Part shown: piece by piece, positions 10,344-20,106 of the stretch | How the letters are laid out: each line of letters opens with the position of its first letter | Numbering within the stretch: position 1 is the first letter of the stretch | Assembly (NCBI GenBank): GCA_017556745.1 | Contig: JAFYMF010000005.1 | Span: 14,238-78,237, forward strand | Direction of reading: 5' to 3' | Length of the DNA stretch: 64,000 nucleotides | Source: Clostridia bacterium | GTDB taxonomy: Bacteria; Bacillota; Clostridia; Oscillospirales; CAG-272 | Notes under the pieces: model-generated | What the model was told of the DNA's origin: nothing | What the model saw: the letters and a program-made list of their open reading frames with translations, nothing else | Databases searched by the model: none | Program-made: the position numbers and the translations under genes

Positions 10344-11455
10344 TCTTTATTCCCCTTTCTTGCTCCACGAATTTTAACAGAATATTTAATGAAGAATTCA
10401 CAACCCACAACGCAGAGTATTACAATACCAACGAAAATATCTGCAAAGGCTGAGTTAAGATGACAGGAGTCCGCAACCTTTCCGGCACCTGTATTAAGAA
10501 ACACTATTATTGCCGTCATTATCAAGGTAATAAAGGGATTACACTGTCCGAGCCAAGCCATCATAATAGCAGTAAAACCCTGACCTCCTACGCTGGCAGT
10601 ACGAATAGAGTGATCTATACCAGATACAATAAGCATACCCGCAATACCGCACACCGCACCGGAAATAAGCATTGTGCGGATGATGACCTTCTTTACGTTA
10701 ATGCCGATATATCTTGCTGTATTCTGGCTCTCACCAACAACAGAAATTTCATATCCGTGCTTACTATATTTAAGGTATATATAAACAACCAAGGTAAGAA
10801 CCGCCACAATACCGGCATTGATAAAATAATGTGCATTACCCGTAGAAGGAGCAATTCCTGCCTCCACAGGCTGAATTACGTTTGATCCGCCGCCTTTGAT
10901 ATACACGTAATAGGCGATTATCTGAGTAGCAATGTAGTTCATCATAAGGGTAAATAGTGTCTCGTTTGTATCAAAGAACGCTTTGAAAATAGCGGGAATC
11001 ACACCCCAGACTGCACCGCAGATAATACTTACTACAGCGATGATCGGAATAAGTACCGCAAGAGGAAGCTTACCCTCAAGTTCTATCATGCAAACCATTG
11101 CACCAAGACCGCCCATAAGAGCCTGTCCTTCTGCGCCGCAGTTCCAGAACTTCATTTTGAATGCGGGAGTAAGAGCAAGTGCAAGACAAAGAAGGATCGC
11201 AACTTCCTCAAAATATTTGAATAGCATCTTGAAGGATCCGGTCTCTATTCTTCCGAAAACACCGCGATACATTATTTCAAAGGTCTGTATCATTCCTTTT
11301 CCGGTAAGCAATGAGGAAATAAAAACCATAACAAAAATTGAGACCACGATGGTTATAGCTCTTATTCCCCAAGCCTTCCACCATACCATATCATCACGCT
11401 TGACAATATGGAAAAGCGGCTCACGGTGCAATTTGGTAACTGTTTTTTCAGCCAT
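10340..11455 (-). CDS. ABC transporter permease (BMP/nucleoside-type, first permease)
   Basis: A 371-aa polytopic membrane protein starting 4 nt after the ATPase gene ends. Confidence 0.8.
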   Translation of the reverse strand: MAEKTVTKLHREPLFHIVKRDDMVWWKAWGIRAITIVVSIFVMVFISSLLTGKGMIQTFEIMYRGVFGRIETGSFKMLFKYFEEVAILLCLALALTPAFKMKFWNCGAEGQALMGGLGAMVCMIELEGKLPLAVLIPIIAVVSIICGAVWGVIPAIFKAFFDTNETLFTLMMNYIATQIIAYYVYIKGGGSNVIQPVEAGIAPSTGNAHYFINAGIVAVLTLVVYIYLKYSKHGYEISVVGESQNTARYIGINVKKVIIRTMLISGAVCGIAGMLIVSGIDHSIRTASVGGQGFTAIMMAWLGQCNPFITLIMTAIIVFLNTGAGKVADSCHLNSAFADIFVGIVILCVVGCEFFIKYSVKIRGARKGNKE

Positions 11456-11459
11456 TGTT

Positions 11460-13019
11460 TTATTCCTCCTCTCCCGTTTTTGTCATAAGAAGACCGATCT
11501 GCTCTTTTGTTACTGTTCTGGCATCTTCAATACCGGTTATTTTACCGGAACCGATAACCATTATTCTGTCACAAAGTTCGAGAAGCACGTCAAGATCCTC
11601 TCCGACGAATATAATTGCAACACCTTTCTCTTTCTGTTCATTGAGAAGATTGTATATCATATAAGATGAATTTATGTCAAGACCTCGCACAGGATACGCT
11701 ACCATAAGTACAGTAGGAGAAGCGGCTATTTCACGTCCTACAAGTACCTTCTGTACGTTACCACCTGACAGACGACGAACAGGCGTACTTGCACCGGGGG
11801 TAACTACCTCAAGGTCTTTTATTATCTTCATTGCAAGATCCTTGGGAGCCTTTCTCTCGAGGAACGCAGAACGGCCTTTTGAATAGCTGCGAAGCATCAT
11901 ATTGTCAACAATATCCATATTCGCTACAAGACCCATTCCCAGTCTATCCTCAGGCACGAAGGAAAGACGAACTCCCAGATCTCTTATCTGAACAGGAGTT
12001 TTATCTCTCAGATTCTCAGTCTTTCCACTCTTGGGATCATTGTATAGGATATCGCCCTGACTTATATGCTGAAGACCGGCAATAGCCTCAAGAAGCTCTC
12101 GCTGACCGCTACCTGCAATACCTGCTATACCAAGTATCTCTCCTGAACGAGCAGTAAAGGAAATGCTGTCAAGTACTGCGACACCGTCACGGTTGATGCA
12201 GTCAAGATCCTTGACAACAAGACGATCCTGCGGATCTTTAGGATCACTGCGCTCTATATTAAGATCTATCTTCTTACCTACCATCATCTCGGTAAGCTCA
12301 CTCTCACTCGTCTCAGCGGTATTTACCGTACCGACGTACTCACCCTTACGAAGAACCGATACTCTGTCAGAAAGAGAGAGAACCTCGTGAAGCTTATGGG
12401 TGATTATAATTATACACTTTCCGTCGTCTCTCATCTTACGGAGAACGTCAAAAAGCTTTGCGGTCTCCTGAGGAGTAAGAACAGCGGTAGGCTCGTCAAG
12501 TATAAGTATATCAGCACCGCGATAAAGAACCTTGATGATCTCAACAGTCTGCTTTTCAGATACAGACATTGAATATATCTTCTTCTCCGGATCAAGATCA
12601 AATCCGTACTGCTCACTTATCTTTTTGATCTCCTCGGTAGACTTCTTCAGATTATACTTTCCCCCATCTATACCAAGAACAATATTCTCTGCAGCAGAAA
12701 AAACATCAACAAGTTTAAAATGCTGATGTATCATACCGATCTTAAACCCAAAGGCATCCTTGGGAGAGGCAATAACAGCCTCCTTACCATTTACAAATAT
12801 CTGTCCCTCGTCCGGAAAATATATACCGGAGATCATATTCATAAGTGTCGTCTTGCCGCTTCCGTTCTCACCGAGAATAGACAAGACCTCCCCGTGGTAC
12901 GCGGTAAGGCTGACGTTATTGTTAGCTATTACCTTGGCACCGAATCTTTTTGTAATATTTTTTAACTCTATAGCCGGTTGTTTTGTCACGTTTGGCCTCC
13001 GTTTTATCATAATTCTCAA
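11460..13019 (-). CDS. ABC transporter ATP-binding protein with duplicated ATPase domains
   Basis: Walker A GENGSGKTT, LSVSEKQTVEI and ILILDEPT occur in the first half. LSGGNVQKV and the D-loop region occur in the second half. This is the typical fused sugar/nucleoside-type ATPase. Confidence 0.9.
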   Translation of the reverse strand: MRIMIKRRPNVTKQPAIELKNITKRFGAKVIANNNVSLTAYHGEVLSILGENGSGKTTLMNMISGIYFPDEGQIFVNGKEAVIASPKDAFGFKIGMIHQHFKLVDVFSAAENIVLGIDGGKYNLKKSTEEIKKISEQYGFDLDPEKKIYSMSVSEKQTVEIIKVLYRGADILILDEPTAVLTPQETAKLFDVLRKMRDDGKCIIIITHKLHEVLSLSDRVSVLRKGEYVGTVNTAETSESELTEMMVGKKIDLNIERSDPKDPQDRLVVKDLDCINRDGVAVLDSISFTARSGEILGIAGIAGSGQRELLEAIAGLQHISQGDILYNDPKSGKTENLRDKTPVQIRDLGVRLSFVPEDRLGMGLVANMDIVDNMMLRSYSKGRSAFLERKAPKDLAMKIIKDLEVVTPGASTPVRRLSGGNVQKVLVGREIAASPTVLMVAYPVRGLDINSSYMIYNLLNEQKEKGVAIIFVGEDLDVLLELCDRIMVIGSGKITGIEDARTVTKEQIGLLMTKTGEEE

Positions 13020-13062
13020 GAACGCGTTCCGTCCGTCGGAGCGCAGTCTTCAAAATTAGGAT

Positions 13063-13089
13063 AAGGCGAGGCAGGAATTGCCTCGCCTT
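13063..13089 (-). other. Intercistronic stem-loop after the binding-protein gene
   Basis: aaggcgaggca-ggaat-tgcctcgcctt is an 11-bp perfect stem lying between the SBP stop and the ATPase start. Only a weak U-tract follows on the minus strand. I infer a partial terminator or mRNA stabiliser that raises the SBP:transporter ratio. Confidence 0.5.
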
Positions 13090-13102
13090 AAGCTAATTAT
13101 TA

Positions 13103-14293
13103 TCAACCGTAGTTTTCGTCAAGAAGAGTAATACCGTCGATTCTTGCATCGAAATAAGGAGCGGAACGGTACTTAGACTCATAGAATACACCGTTCTCAA
13201 CAACCTCGGTATCCTTCTCATAGTTAGCATCGGTATCAACGTCAGCCTTGTAGCTGGTAACGGTCTCGCCACCTATGGTGAAATTAGCGGTATCGAATAC
13301 ATTGATAGATCCATCAAGGAGAGCAGCCTTAACGTCAGCAAGCTTCTCAACGGTACCCTCAGCTGCAACTGCGGTATTAACATCGGTGAGAACAACACTG
13401 CCGGTCTCGATAGTACCGGTCCAGTCGGTTGCGATTTCCTTATCGTTAAGTACGCAATCAATGATATACTCAAAGTAAGGAACCCAGTTGATACGAGAAG
13501 ATACGATAAAGGTATTGGGGCAAGCAGAGAGTGTGCTTCCGTTGTAGGAAACGTTAGGAACACCTGCGGTCTCGCAAGCAGTGGGAGCGCCCATGGAGTC
13601 AGCATGCTGGCTGATAAGCTTACAACCACCGTTGATAAGAGCCTGAGCTGCTTCCTTCTCAAGCTGCTCGTTGTACCAAGAACCGGTGAACTTAACGTCC
13701 ATGGTTACAGTGGGGCAAACGGACTTAGCACCGAGGTAGAAGGAGGTGTAACCGGACATAACCTCTGCAAAGGTAAATGCGCCAACGTAGCCCATCTTAG
13801 CCTCTTCAGCGGTAAACTGGCCTGCAGCGATCATCTCGTTGAGCTTCATACCTGCTGCAACACCTGCAAGGAAACGACCCTCGTAGATAGATGCAAATGC
13901 GTTGTGGAAGTTCTTAAGTTCGGAGGTGTGTGCCTGAGTACCGGTAGCGTGGCAGAACTCAACATCGGGATACTCTGCTGCAGCCTTCATAAGGAAGGAC
14001 TCGTGACCAAAGCTGTCTGCAAAAATAAGGGTACAACCGTCAGACTCGATAAGCTCTACTGCTGCAGTGTAGCAGTCGTTACTCTCGGGAATCTGGGTCT
14101 TCTGAACGTACTCAACACCCATCTTCTGGCAAGCTTCCTTAGCTGCGTTGATGAAGTTGAGGTCGTAGGTGGAGTTCTCGTCGTGGAGGAAAATAAATCC
14201 TACCTTGAGATCTTTGCTGCCCTCAGCGGGAGAACATGCAACGAAAGCAAAGACCATCATTGCGGCGAGAAGAACTGCGAGAATTCTTTTCAT
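13103..14293 (-). CDS. BMP-family (PnrA/Med-like) ABC substrate-binding lipoprotein, probably for purine nucleosides
   Basis: Lipoprotein signal MKRILAVLLAAMMVFAFVACS, then KVGFIFLHDENSTYDLNFINAAKEA typical of the basic-membrane-protein family. It sits between xpt and the ABC ATPase. Confidence 0.85.
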   Translation of the reverse strand: MKRILAVLLAAMMVFAFVACSPAEGSKDLKVGFIFLHDENSTYDLNFINAAKEACQKMGVEYVQKTQIPESNDCYTAAVELIESDGCTLIFADSFGHESFLMKAAAEYPDVEFCHATGTQAHTSELKNFHNAFASIYEGRFLAGVAAGMKLNEMIAAGQFTAEEAKMGYVGAFTFAEVMSGYTSFYLGAKSVCPTVTMDVKFTGSWYNEQLEKEAAQALINGGCKLISQHADSMGAPTACETAGVPNVSYNGSTLSACPNTFIVSSRINWVPYFEYIIDCVLNDKEIATDWTGTIETGSVVLTDVNTAVAAEGTVEKLADVKAALLDGSINVFDTANFTIGGETVTSYKADVDTDANYEKDTEVVENGVFYESKYRSAPYFDARIDGITLLDENYG

Positions 14294-14347
14294 TTTTGGC
14301 CTCCTGAAAATGATAAAATAATATATGTAATAAAATTACATACTGAA

Positions 14348-14923
14348 TTACTGGGGACGGAACTTTATATTACCGTCTCCCATACTGTCAATAATGGCAA
14401 GAGATTCTACCCTAACACCTCTGGCTCTGAGCTCATCTCCACCTTTCTGAAACCCTTTCTCGATAGCTGATACAGCACCGGCAAGAGAAGCTCCGGACTG
14501 CTCAACTATATCGATAAGGCCAAGAAGTGCCTTACCGTTTGCAAGGAAATCATCGACTATAAGAACAGTATCATCGGCGGAAAGATGCTCTGCGGAAACA
14601 ACAACGTTATAATCGGTACCATGAGTATAAGAATGAACAACAGTCTGATACAGTTCTCCGTCAACATTACCCGTCTTGTTTTTCTTAGCAAAAACCGCCG
14701 GCACATGCATTGCAGCACCTGCCCCCACAGCTATAGCAATACCGGACGCCTCGATAGTCAGTATCTTGGTTACACCGGCACCCTCAAAAAGACGAGCTAT
14801 TTCCCTGCCCATCTCCATTATAAATTCAACGTCAAGCCTGTGGTTCAAAAAAGAACCAACCTTGAGTATATTCCCGGGAAGAACCTTACCTTCCTTAAGA
14901 ATTTTTTCTTCTAAAGCTTTCAT
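14348..14923 (-). CDS. xpt: Xanthine phosphoribosyltransferase
   Basis: MKALEEKILKEGKVLPGNILKVGSFLNHRLD...ILTIEASGIAIA...VLIVDDFLANGKA matches the Xpt N-terminus and PRPP-binding loop. Length is 191 aa. Confidence 0.9.
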   Translation of the reverse strand: MKALEEKILKEGKVLPGNILKVGSFLNHRLDVEFIMEMGREIARLFEGAGVTKILTIEASGIAIAVGAGAAMHVPAVFAKKNKTGNVDGELYQTVVHSYTHGTDYNVVVSAEHLSADDTVLIVDDFLANGKALLGLIDIVEQSGASLAGAVSAIEKGFQKGGDELRARGVRVESLAIIDSMGDGNIKFRPQ

Positions 14924-15040
14924 AATCCATCAGCCTCCGACCACAGACATGCTACAGTGAAATAGGTTATATAAAAACTGAAAGGCAGAAACGATACGGG
15001 GCTCTGCATGCCAAAGTAACGCTCCTGCGACTATACAATA

Positions 15041-15069
15041 ATTTTATCACACTGAGCATGTATTGTCAA
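15041..15069 (-). promoter_or_regulatory. Promoter of the xpt-bmp-ABC operon
   Basis: Minus strand reads TTGACA (15069-15064), 17 nt spacer, TAAAAT (15046-15041), with an extended -10 TGa. A ~110-nt leader follows. Confidence 0.6.
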
Positions 15070-15153
15070 CCTTTATTTCGACATACCTCGTTTAAAAACA
15101 TCAGTAAAACCGTGAATTTTTTTGTACGAATTAATTGAATTCGTGATAAAAGC

Positions 15154-16530
15154 TTATATATCTGCAATTCTGTCCGCTACGTATATTCCCATAGCACCGG
15201 ACTGAGAAAGTCCGCGGCAGATACCGCTACCGTCACCGATTATGTATACTCCGTCAACAAGTTCAAACTTATCATTCTTAAACTCGGGACGGATAGAGTA
15301 ATACTTGCTCTCACATCCGTAAAGAAGGGTATCATCGTTTGCTGTACCAGGTGCAACCTTATCAAGAGCATAGATAGTTTCTATAATATTTGTAAGTATT
15401 CTGTGCGGAAGAACAAGGGAAATATCACCGGCAGTTGCCCTAAGTGTGGGAATAACAGTGTTCTGACCAAGACGATGATCGTTTGTACGACGTCCTCTGA
15501 TAAGGTCACCGAAACGCTGAACAAGAACATTACCGCGACCTATCATATTAGCAAGACGAGAAATACTCTCTACGTACTCGGTAGGCTGATTAAACGGTTC
15601 TGTGAATCTGATACTTGAAAGTATTGCAAAGTTACAGTTTTCTGTCTTTTTTTCAGGTTCTGCATAAGAATGACCGTTTGCGGTTATAATACCGTGATTA
15701 TTCTCCGCAGAAACAAGACCACCTTTGTTAAAGCAAAACATTCTGCATCTGTCTTCAAATGTCTTTGTCTTATATAGTATTTTAGGCTCATATATCTGAT
15801 CGGAAAATTCCTTCCAGATTATATCTTTCATCTCAACGCGAACACCGATATCAACGTAGTTGGATCTCATGTGCACACCAAATGAACGGCAAAAATCGGA
15901 AACAAAATTTGCTCCCCCACGACCGGTAGCAATAATTATCTTATCGGATGTGATTTTCTCGCCGTTTGCATAATGAAGAATATATCCTTCCTCTCCAGAT
16001 TCTGTAATATTTTCACAGTCGTAGAACGGAAGCAGCTCTGTTCCGTCCTCGGAGATGCGTTTTATAAGATTCTGCATCGTTATAAAATTGTTATCTGTAC
16101 CCAAATGCTTTACGTTCATGTCAAGAAGTCTGAGATTGTTCTGAAGGCACTTGAGTTTAAGTTCTTCGTTTGAAAAATAGACCTTGGGGATTCCGGATGT
16201 ACAATACTCGTTGAGTATTTCGTCCACCTCACTGATATAGTAGTTAGCATTATCCTCACCCAGCTCCTCTCCAAGAGTGCCGCCGTATGCAGTTCCGAGA
16301 TTAAACTTACCGTCAGAGAAAGCCCCCGCACCGGCAAATCCACTGGTTATACTGCAGTGCTTACAGTGAACACAAGTTCTGTTTTTACCCGCAGGGCAAT
16401 TACGCTTTTCAAGGGTATTACCTCTCTCGGTAATAACTATCTTTGCCTCGGGAATACGTCTCTTAAGACGATAGGCTGCCATAAGACCTCCTATACCGCC
16501 TCCGATTATGGCAATATCATATTTTCTCAT
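15154..16530 (-). CDS. FAD-dependent protein (COG2509-like uncharacterised dehydrogenase)
   Basis: MRKYDIAIIGGGIGGLMAAYRL gives a Rossmann GxGxxG, followed by a Cys cluster CPAGKNRTCVHCKHC and a C-terminal IGDGSGICRGLSQSGAMG. I prefer the ATG at 16530, which has an AAGGAG RBS at 7 nt. The track start at 16554 is the alternative. Confidence 0.75.
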   Translation of the reverse strand: MRKYDIAIIGGGIGGLMAAYRLKRRIPEAKIVITERGNTLEKRNCPAGKNRTCVHCKHCSITSGFAGAGAFSDGKFNLGTAYGGTLGEELGEDNANYYISEVDEILNEYCTSGIPKVYFSNEELKLKCLQNNLRLLDMNVKHLGTDNNFITMQNLIKRISEDGTELLPFYDCENITESGEEGYILHYANGEKITSDKIIIATGRGGANFVSDFCRSFGVHMRSNYVDIGVRVEMKDIIWKEFSDQIYEPKILYKTKTFEDRCRMFCFNKGGLVSAENNHGIITANGHSYAEPEKKTENCNFAILSSIRFTEPFNQPTEYVESISRLANMIGRGNVLVQRFGDLIRGRRTNDHRLGQNTVIPTLRATAGDISLVLPHRILTNIIETIYALDKVAPGTANDDTLLYGCESKYYSIRPEFKNDKFELVDGVYIIGDGSGICRGLSQSGAMGIYVADRIADI

Positions 16531-16557
16531 ATCAGAACTCCTTTTTACAATCATATC

Positions 16558-17355
16558 TTATTCTTCCCCTAAAAGCTTAAGGGCGTTTTTAAAATAAATT
16601 CTGTTTTTCATTTCATCTGAAATAGAAAGAGACTCTATAAAATCATAGGTTTGTCCGGGACACCCCCATGGTGTATCACTGCCAAAAAGTATCCTTTCCG
16701 GATCGTGCTCAAATATAATTCTCTCCGTTATCGGCTTTTCAATCTGTGAACCACACGGAAGAGATGTGTCCACGTACACCCTGCTTCCCGCAAGATATCT
16801 GAGGACATCATCCCACATACAATTCGAACCGAAGTGTGCCGCAATAAGTCTGAGTTCGGGGAATTTATCCTGAACTTTTCTTATTTTTTCCGGAGATGCA
16901 TGAATAAGAGTTGGAGAAATAACATCAAACCCGGCATGTATGATCACAAAAAGTCCAAGATCAGAGCATTCTCCGAAAATTGGCTCGAAATCCTTGTCAT
17001 CTATCATGTAACCCATATAGTCCGGATGAAGCTTGATACCCTTTATACCACTGTCTTTGAGCCGTTTCAGTTCACTCACAACACAGTCACTTGCAGGATG
17101 AACAGAGCCAAGAGAAATAAACCGGGGGTTTAAGTTCAGTTCTATAGCAAAATTATTGACCTTCTCCTGTTGACGAGGATTTGTTGCAATATTACATATC
17201 ACAGATCGTTCAACGCCGCATTCATCCATTTTTCTGATCAAATCTGCTGCGGTACCGTTTGTATAAGGCTCCGTTTTTGCAATATCTGCAAGCTTAGGTA
17301 TTGCAGTGACGGCAAGTTTGTCCGGAAAACAGTGTGTGTGAAAATCTATAAGCAT
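16558..17355 (-). CDS. Amidohydrolase-family metal-dependent hydrolase (TIM barrel)
   Basis: MLIDFHTHCFPDKL gives the HxH motif, with later IKLHPDY, IIHAG and FGSDTPW motifs. It ends 27 nt upstream of the preferred 16530 start of the next gene (3 nt from the alternative 16554 start). Confidence 0.75.
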   Translation of the reverse strand: MLIDFHTHCFPDKLAVTAIPKLADIAKTEPYTNGTAADLIRKMDECGVERSVICNIATNPRQQEKVNNFAIELNLNPRFISLGSVHPASDCVVSELKRLKDSGIKGIKLHPDYMGYMIDDKDFEPIFGECSDLGLFVIIHAGFDVISPTLIHASPEKIRKVQDKFPELRLIAAHFGSNCMWDDVLRYLAGSRVYVDTSLPCGSQIEKPITERIIFEHDPERILFGSDTPWGCPGQTYDFIESLSISDEMKNRIYFKNALKLLGEE

Positions 17356-17523
17356 ATTACCTATTTCTCCTTTTTAGGATAATAACCTCTGTGATGCGAG
17401 ACAATCAATATTTTGAACGTTACGTACTTTTTAAGTATATACTCTTTTCATATAAAATTCAAGATAAACCTTTTTTTTATTTCTATTATATTATATTTTA
17501 ATTGTAAATACTTAAATAAAACC

Positions 17524-17551
17524 TTGCAATTTTTGAAAAATAATGTATAAT
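17524..17551 (+). promoter_or_regulatory. Candidate promoter of the decarboxylase cluster
   Basis: TTGCAA (17524-17529), 16 nt spacer, TATAAT (17546-17551). A leader of ~140 nt precedes the ATG at 17693. Confidence 0.45.
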
Positions 17552-17692
17552 ATTCTTATAATGGGGTAGAATGGTATCCTATATTTTTAGGACAATCATT
17601 TCCCTCTAACAGTTTTCAAATCCGATCCTGTGACGGCAGCCGCAGGACACGGAAGACCATATAATCACAGTTGCCGAGATTTGGAGAGTTTC

Positions 17693-19180
17693 ATGGAAAA
17701 AATCTCAAGACCTCAGAGCGCAGAAGAACTGCGTCTGGCTCTTTCTTCACTTGATAAAGATAGCGAAGAAACAGCTGCAAAGACCGGGCGTTTGTCCGCT
17801 CGTGTTCGCCTCCTTTCTCTTTTTGATGAAGGAAGCTTCGTTGAGACTCAGAAGTATCTGCGCCGCAGTGCTACCGAGTTCGACACATCCGCATCCACCG
17901 ATTTTGAGGGTGTGATCTGCGGATACGGTTCTGTATGTGGCAGACTTGTTTTTGCCTTTGCTCAGGACTTTTCCCGTATGAGCGGTGCTCTTGATGCCGC
18001 ACACGCAAAGAAGATCTGTGATCTTTATGACATGGCAAAGAAAAACGGTGCTCCCGTTGTTGGTATTTTTGATAGCGCCGGAGCATGTGTAATGGAGGGC
18101 GTAAGTGCTCTTGCAGGTTATGGAAAGGTAATGAAAGCAGTTGCCTCTGCTTCCGGTATCATTCCTCAGATAGCTCTCATTCCCGGTGTGTGTGCAGGTA
18201 GTGCTGCAGCTATTGCCGCTATGTTTGATGCAGTAGTTATCTCCTCAAAGAATGGTAAGCTCTTCGTTAACTCACCCTTCATCGTGGGCAAGGAAGTAGC
18301 TGATGCTGATTTTGCAGCAGCAGAGGGCCTTGCAAGTATTGTTACAGCAGAAGAACCCGAAGCTCTCGGTGCCGTAAGAGATCTTCTCTCTCTTCTTCCC
18401 TCCAACAACGCTGAAGGTACCGTATATACCGGTGCCACCGATGAGAATACTCAGGGTGTCTCAGTAGCTTACAACGACAATGTAAAGGATCTCATTCTTT
18501 CTCTTTCGGACGACGGCCTCGCAACCGAGCTTTCCGCCGGATTCGGAAAAGAAATTGTTACCTCATTTGTCCGTCTTGGCGGTGCAGTTGTTGGTGTAGT
18601 TGCAAACGACCACAGCGTCAATGCAGGAATTATAACCCCTGCCGCAGCACGTAAGGCGGCACGCTTTGTAAATCTTTGCGACAGTTTCAATATTCCCCTC
18701 CTCACTTTTGTTGATACCGAGGGACTTGATATTACTGCTGAGGCAGAGTCAAAATCCTACGCAGCAGAGCTTGCAAAACTTGCTTCTGCATTTGCTGTAT
18801 CCGAGAGTGCAAAGGTTACTGTCGTTCTCGGAGAGGCTTACGGTACAGCATACACCGTTATGGCATCCAAGAGCATCGGTGCCGATATGGTATATGCTCT
18901 TGACAGCGCAAAGATCGGCATAATGAAGGCTGACCGTGCAGTTGAGTTTGCATGGAAGGACAAGGTATTCGAGGCAGAAGATCCTCAGAGTGCACGCAAA
19001 GAGCTTGAGGCTGAGTGGAACGCTACCCTTTCCTCTCCTGCTGAAGCTGCTGCCCGCGGTGAGGTAGATGATATCATCGCTGCAGATGAACTCAAGCCCC
19101 GTATCTGTGCCGCATTTGAGATGCTCGGCTCAAAGAGTGAATCTCCGCTTTACCGCCGTCACTCAAATTATCCTCTCTGA
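17693..19180 (+). CDS. Acyl-CoA carboxyltransferase, 12S / MmdA type (methylmalonyl-CoA decarboxylase alpha-like)
   Basis: Features include RLSARVRLLSLFDEGSFVE, a duplicated crotonase-like carboxyltransferase layout, NIPLLTFVDTEG and a ~500 aa length. I chose the start at MEKISRP (ATG 17693, GGAGAG RBS). The track GTG at 17630 adds 21 unlikely residues. Confidence 0.8.
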   Translation: MEKISRPQSAEELRLALSSLDKDSEETAAKTGRLSARVRLLSLFDEGSFVETQKYLRRSATEFDTSASTDFEGVICGYGSVCGRLVFAFAQDFSRMSGALDAAHAKKICDLYDMAKKNGAPVVGIFDSAGACVMEGVSALAGYGKVMKAVASASGIIPQIALIPGVCAGSAAAIAAMFDAVVISSKNGKLFVNSPFIVGKEVADADFAAAEGLASIVTAEEPEALGAVRDLLSLLPSNNAEGTVYTGATDENTQGVSVAYNDNVKDLILSLSDDGLATELSAGFGKEIVTSFVRLGGAVVGVVANDHSVNAGIITPAAARKAARFVNLCDSFNIPLLTFVDTEGLDITAEAESKSYAAELAKLASAFAVSESAKVTVVLGEAYGTAYTVMASKSIGADMVYALDSAKIGIMKADRAVEFAWKDKVFEAEDPQSARKELEAEWNATLSSPAEAAARGEVDDIIAADELKPRICAAFEMLGSKSESPLYRRHSNYPL

Positions 19181-19197
19181 TATAGGAGGAATCAAAA

Positions 19198-19620
19198 ATG
19201 ACACTTTTTAACCCGTCAAGACTCCTTGACGTTGATATCGGTGCTACCATGGGTAACAACGCCCCCCTCGGCGAGAGACTCAGTCTTGCACTTGAGGTAA
19301 CTATCCTCGGTATGGCAACCGTTTTCTCGGTACTGATAATCATTTGGGCTACACTCGCGCTTCTTCGTGTTCTCTTATACGGTATACCAAGCAAGAAAAC
19401 AAAAGAAGCAAGTGATAAGCAAGCTCCCAAAGAAAATCCCATACCGACACCGAGTTCTGCTGACACCGTGGCTGCCGTTGTGACTTCTCCTGCGGTAGAC
19501 GATAAGCAGTTGGTAGCGGTCATCACAGCCGCTATTGCCGCATCAGAGGGCAAGCCCGCATCTTCTCTGCGCGTAGTTTCGTTCAGACGTGCAGGTGCTC
19601 CTCGCTGGAACGAAAGATAA
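19198..19620 (+). CDS. OadG-family small membrane subunit (decarboxylase gamma/delta)
   Basis: A single N-terminal TM segment, LALEVTILGMATVFSVLIIIWATLALL, is followed by a Pro/Ala-rich tail, as in OadG/MmdD. Confidence 0.75.
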   Translation: MTLFNPSRLLDVDIGATMGNNAPLGERLSLALEVTILGMATVFSVLIIIWATLALLRVLLYGIPSKKTKEASDKQAPKENPIPTPSSADTVAAVVTSPAVDDKQLVAVITAAIAASEGKPASSLRVVSFRRAGAPRWNER

Positions 19621-19652
19621 AAAACTGATCTGTATCAAGAAAGAGGATAAAA

Positions 19653-20069
19653 ATGAAAAAATATAACATTACCGTTAACGGTACCGTATATGAAGTCGAA
19701 GTAGAAGAGGTTGGCGGTGCGTTTACCCCCTCCGCCGTTGCTGTTCCTACCGCTGCACCCGCAGCACCTGTGGCAACTCCCGCTGCAGCTCCTGCCCCTG
19801 CCGCAGCTCCTGCTCCCGCTCCCGCAGCGGCTCCTGCTGCTACCGGTGCGGCAGGCTCCGTTAAGATCACAGCACCCATGCCCGGCAGCATTCTCAAGGT
19901 CAACGTTACCGCAGGTCAGGCTGTAGCTAAGGGTGACGTTCTTTGCGTACTCGAGGCAATGAAGATGGAGAACGAGATAATGGCTCCCTCTGACGGAACC
20001 GTTGCTTCCGTTAACACTCAAAAGGGTGCATCTGTAAACTCCGGAGATCTTCTCCTTACTCTTGCGTAA
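19653..20069 (+). CDS. Biotin carboxyl carrier protein (1.3S / MmdC-like)
   Basis: An Ala/Pro linker precedes a biotinyl domain carrying the VLEAMKMENEI biotinylation motif. Confidence 0.9.
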   Translation: MKKYNITVNGTVYEVEVEEVGGAFTPSAVAVPTAAPAAPVATPAAAPAPAAAPAPAPAAAPAATGAAGSVKITAPMPGSILKVNVTAGQAVAKGDVLCVLEAMKMENEIMAPSDGTVASVNTQKGASVNSGDLLLTLA

Positions 20070-20106
20070 TCTGTTTTACAGAAATAATTAACAGAGGTTT
20101 ACAGCA

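Noticed and set aside
14924-15040. A canonical guanine/xanthine (purine-class) riboswitch upstream of xpt.
   Set aside because: I expected it from context. However, the conserved junction and loop sequences are not present in the required order, and I could not build a P1/P2/P3 three-way junction. It is kept only as an open question in the findings.
15126-15144. The palindrome ACGAATTcaattAATTCGT as the terminator of the upstream FAD-protein gene.
   Set aside because: On the minus strand (the direction of transcription) the hairpin is followed by an A-run, not a U-tract. On the + strand no gene reads into it. An operator-like role seems more plausible, though this is unproven.
19583-20021. 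Three overlapping Ala/Gly/Pro/Arg-rich ORFs (19583-19903 minus, 19635-20021 minus, 19711-19926 plus), plus a GC-rich repetitive tract that might be mistaken for a tandem repeat element.
   Set aside because: The tract encodes the Ala/Pro-rich flexible linker of the biotin carrier protein (PTAAPAAPVATPAAAPAPAAAPAPAPAAAPAA). This is a standard feature of BCCPs. The other frames are by-products of the low-complexity GC-rich sequence.
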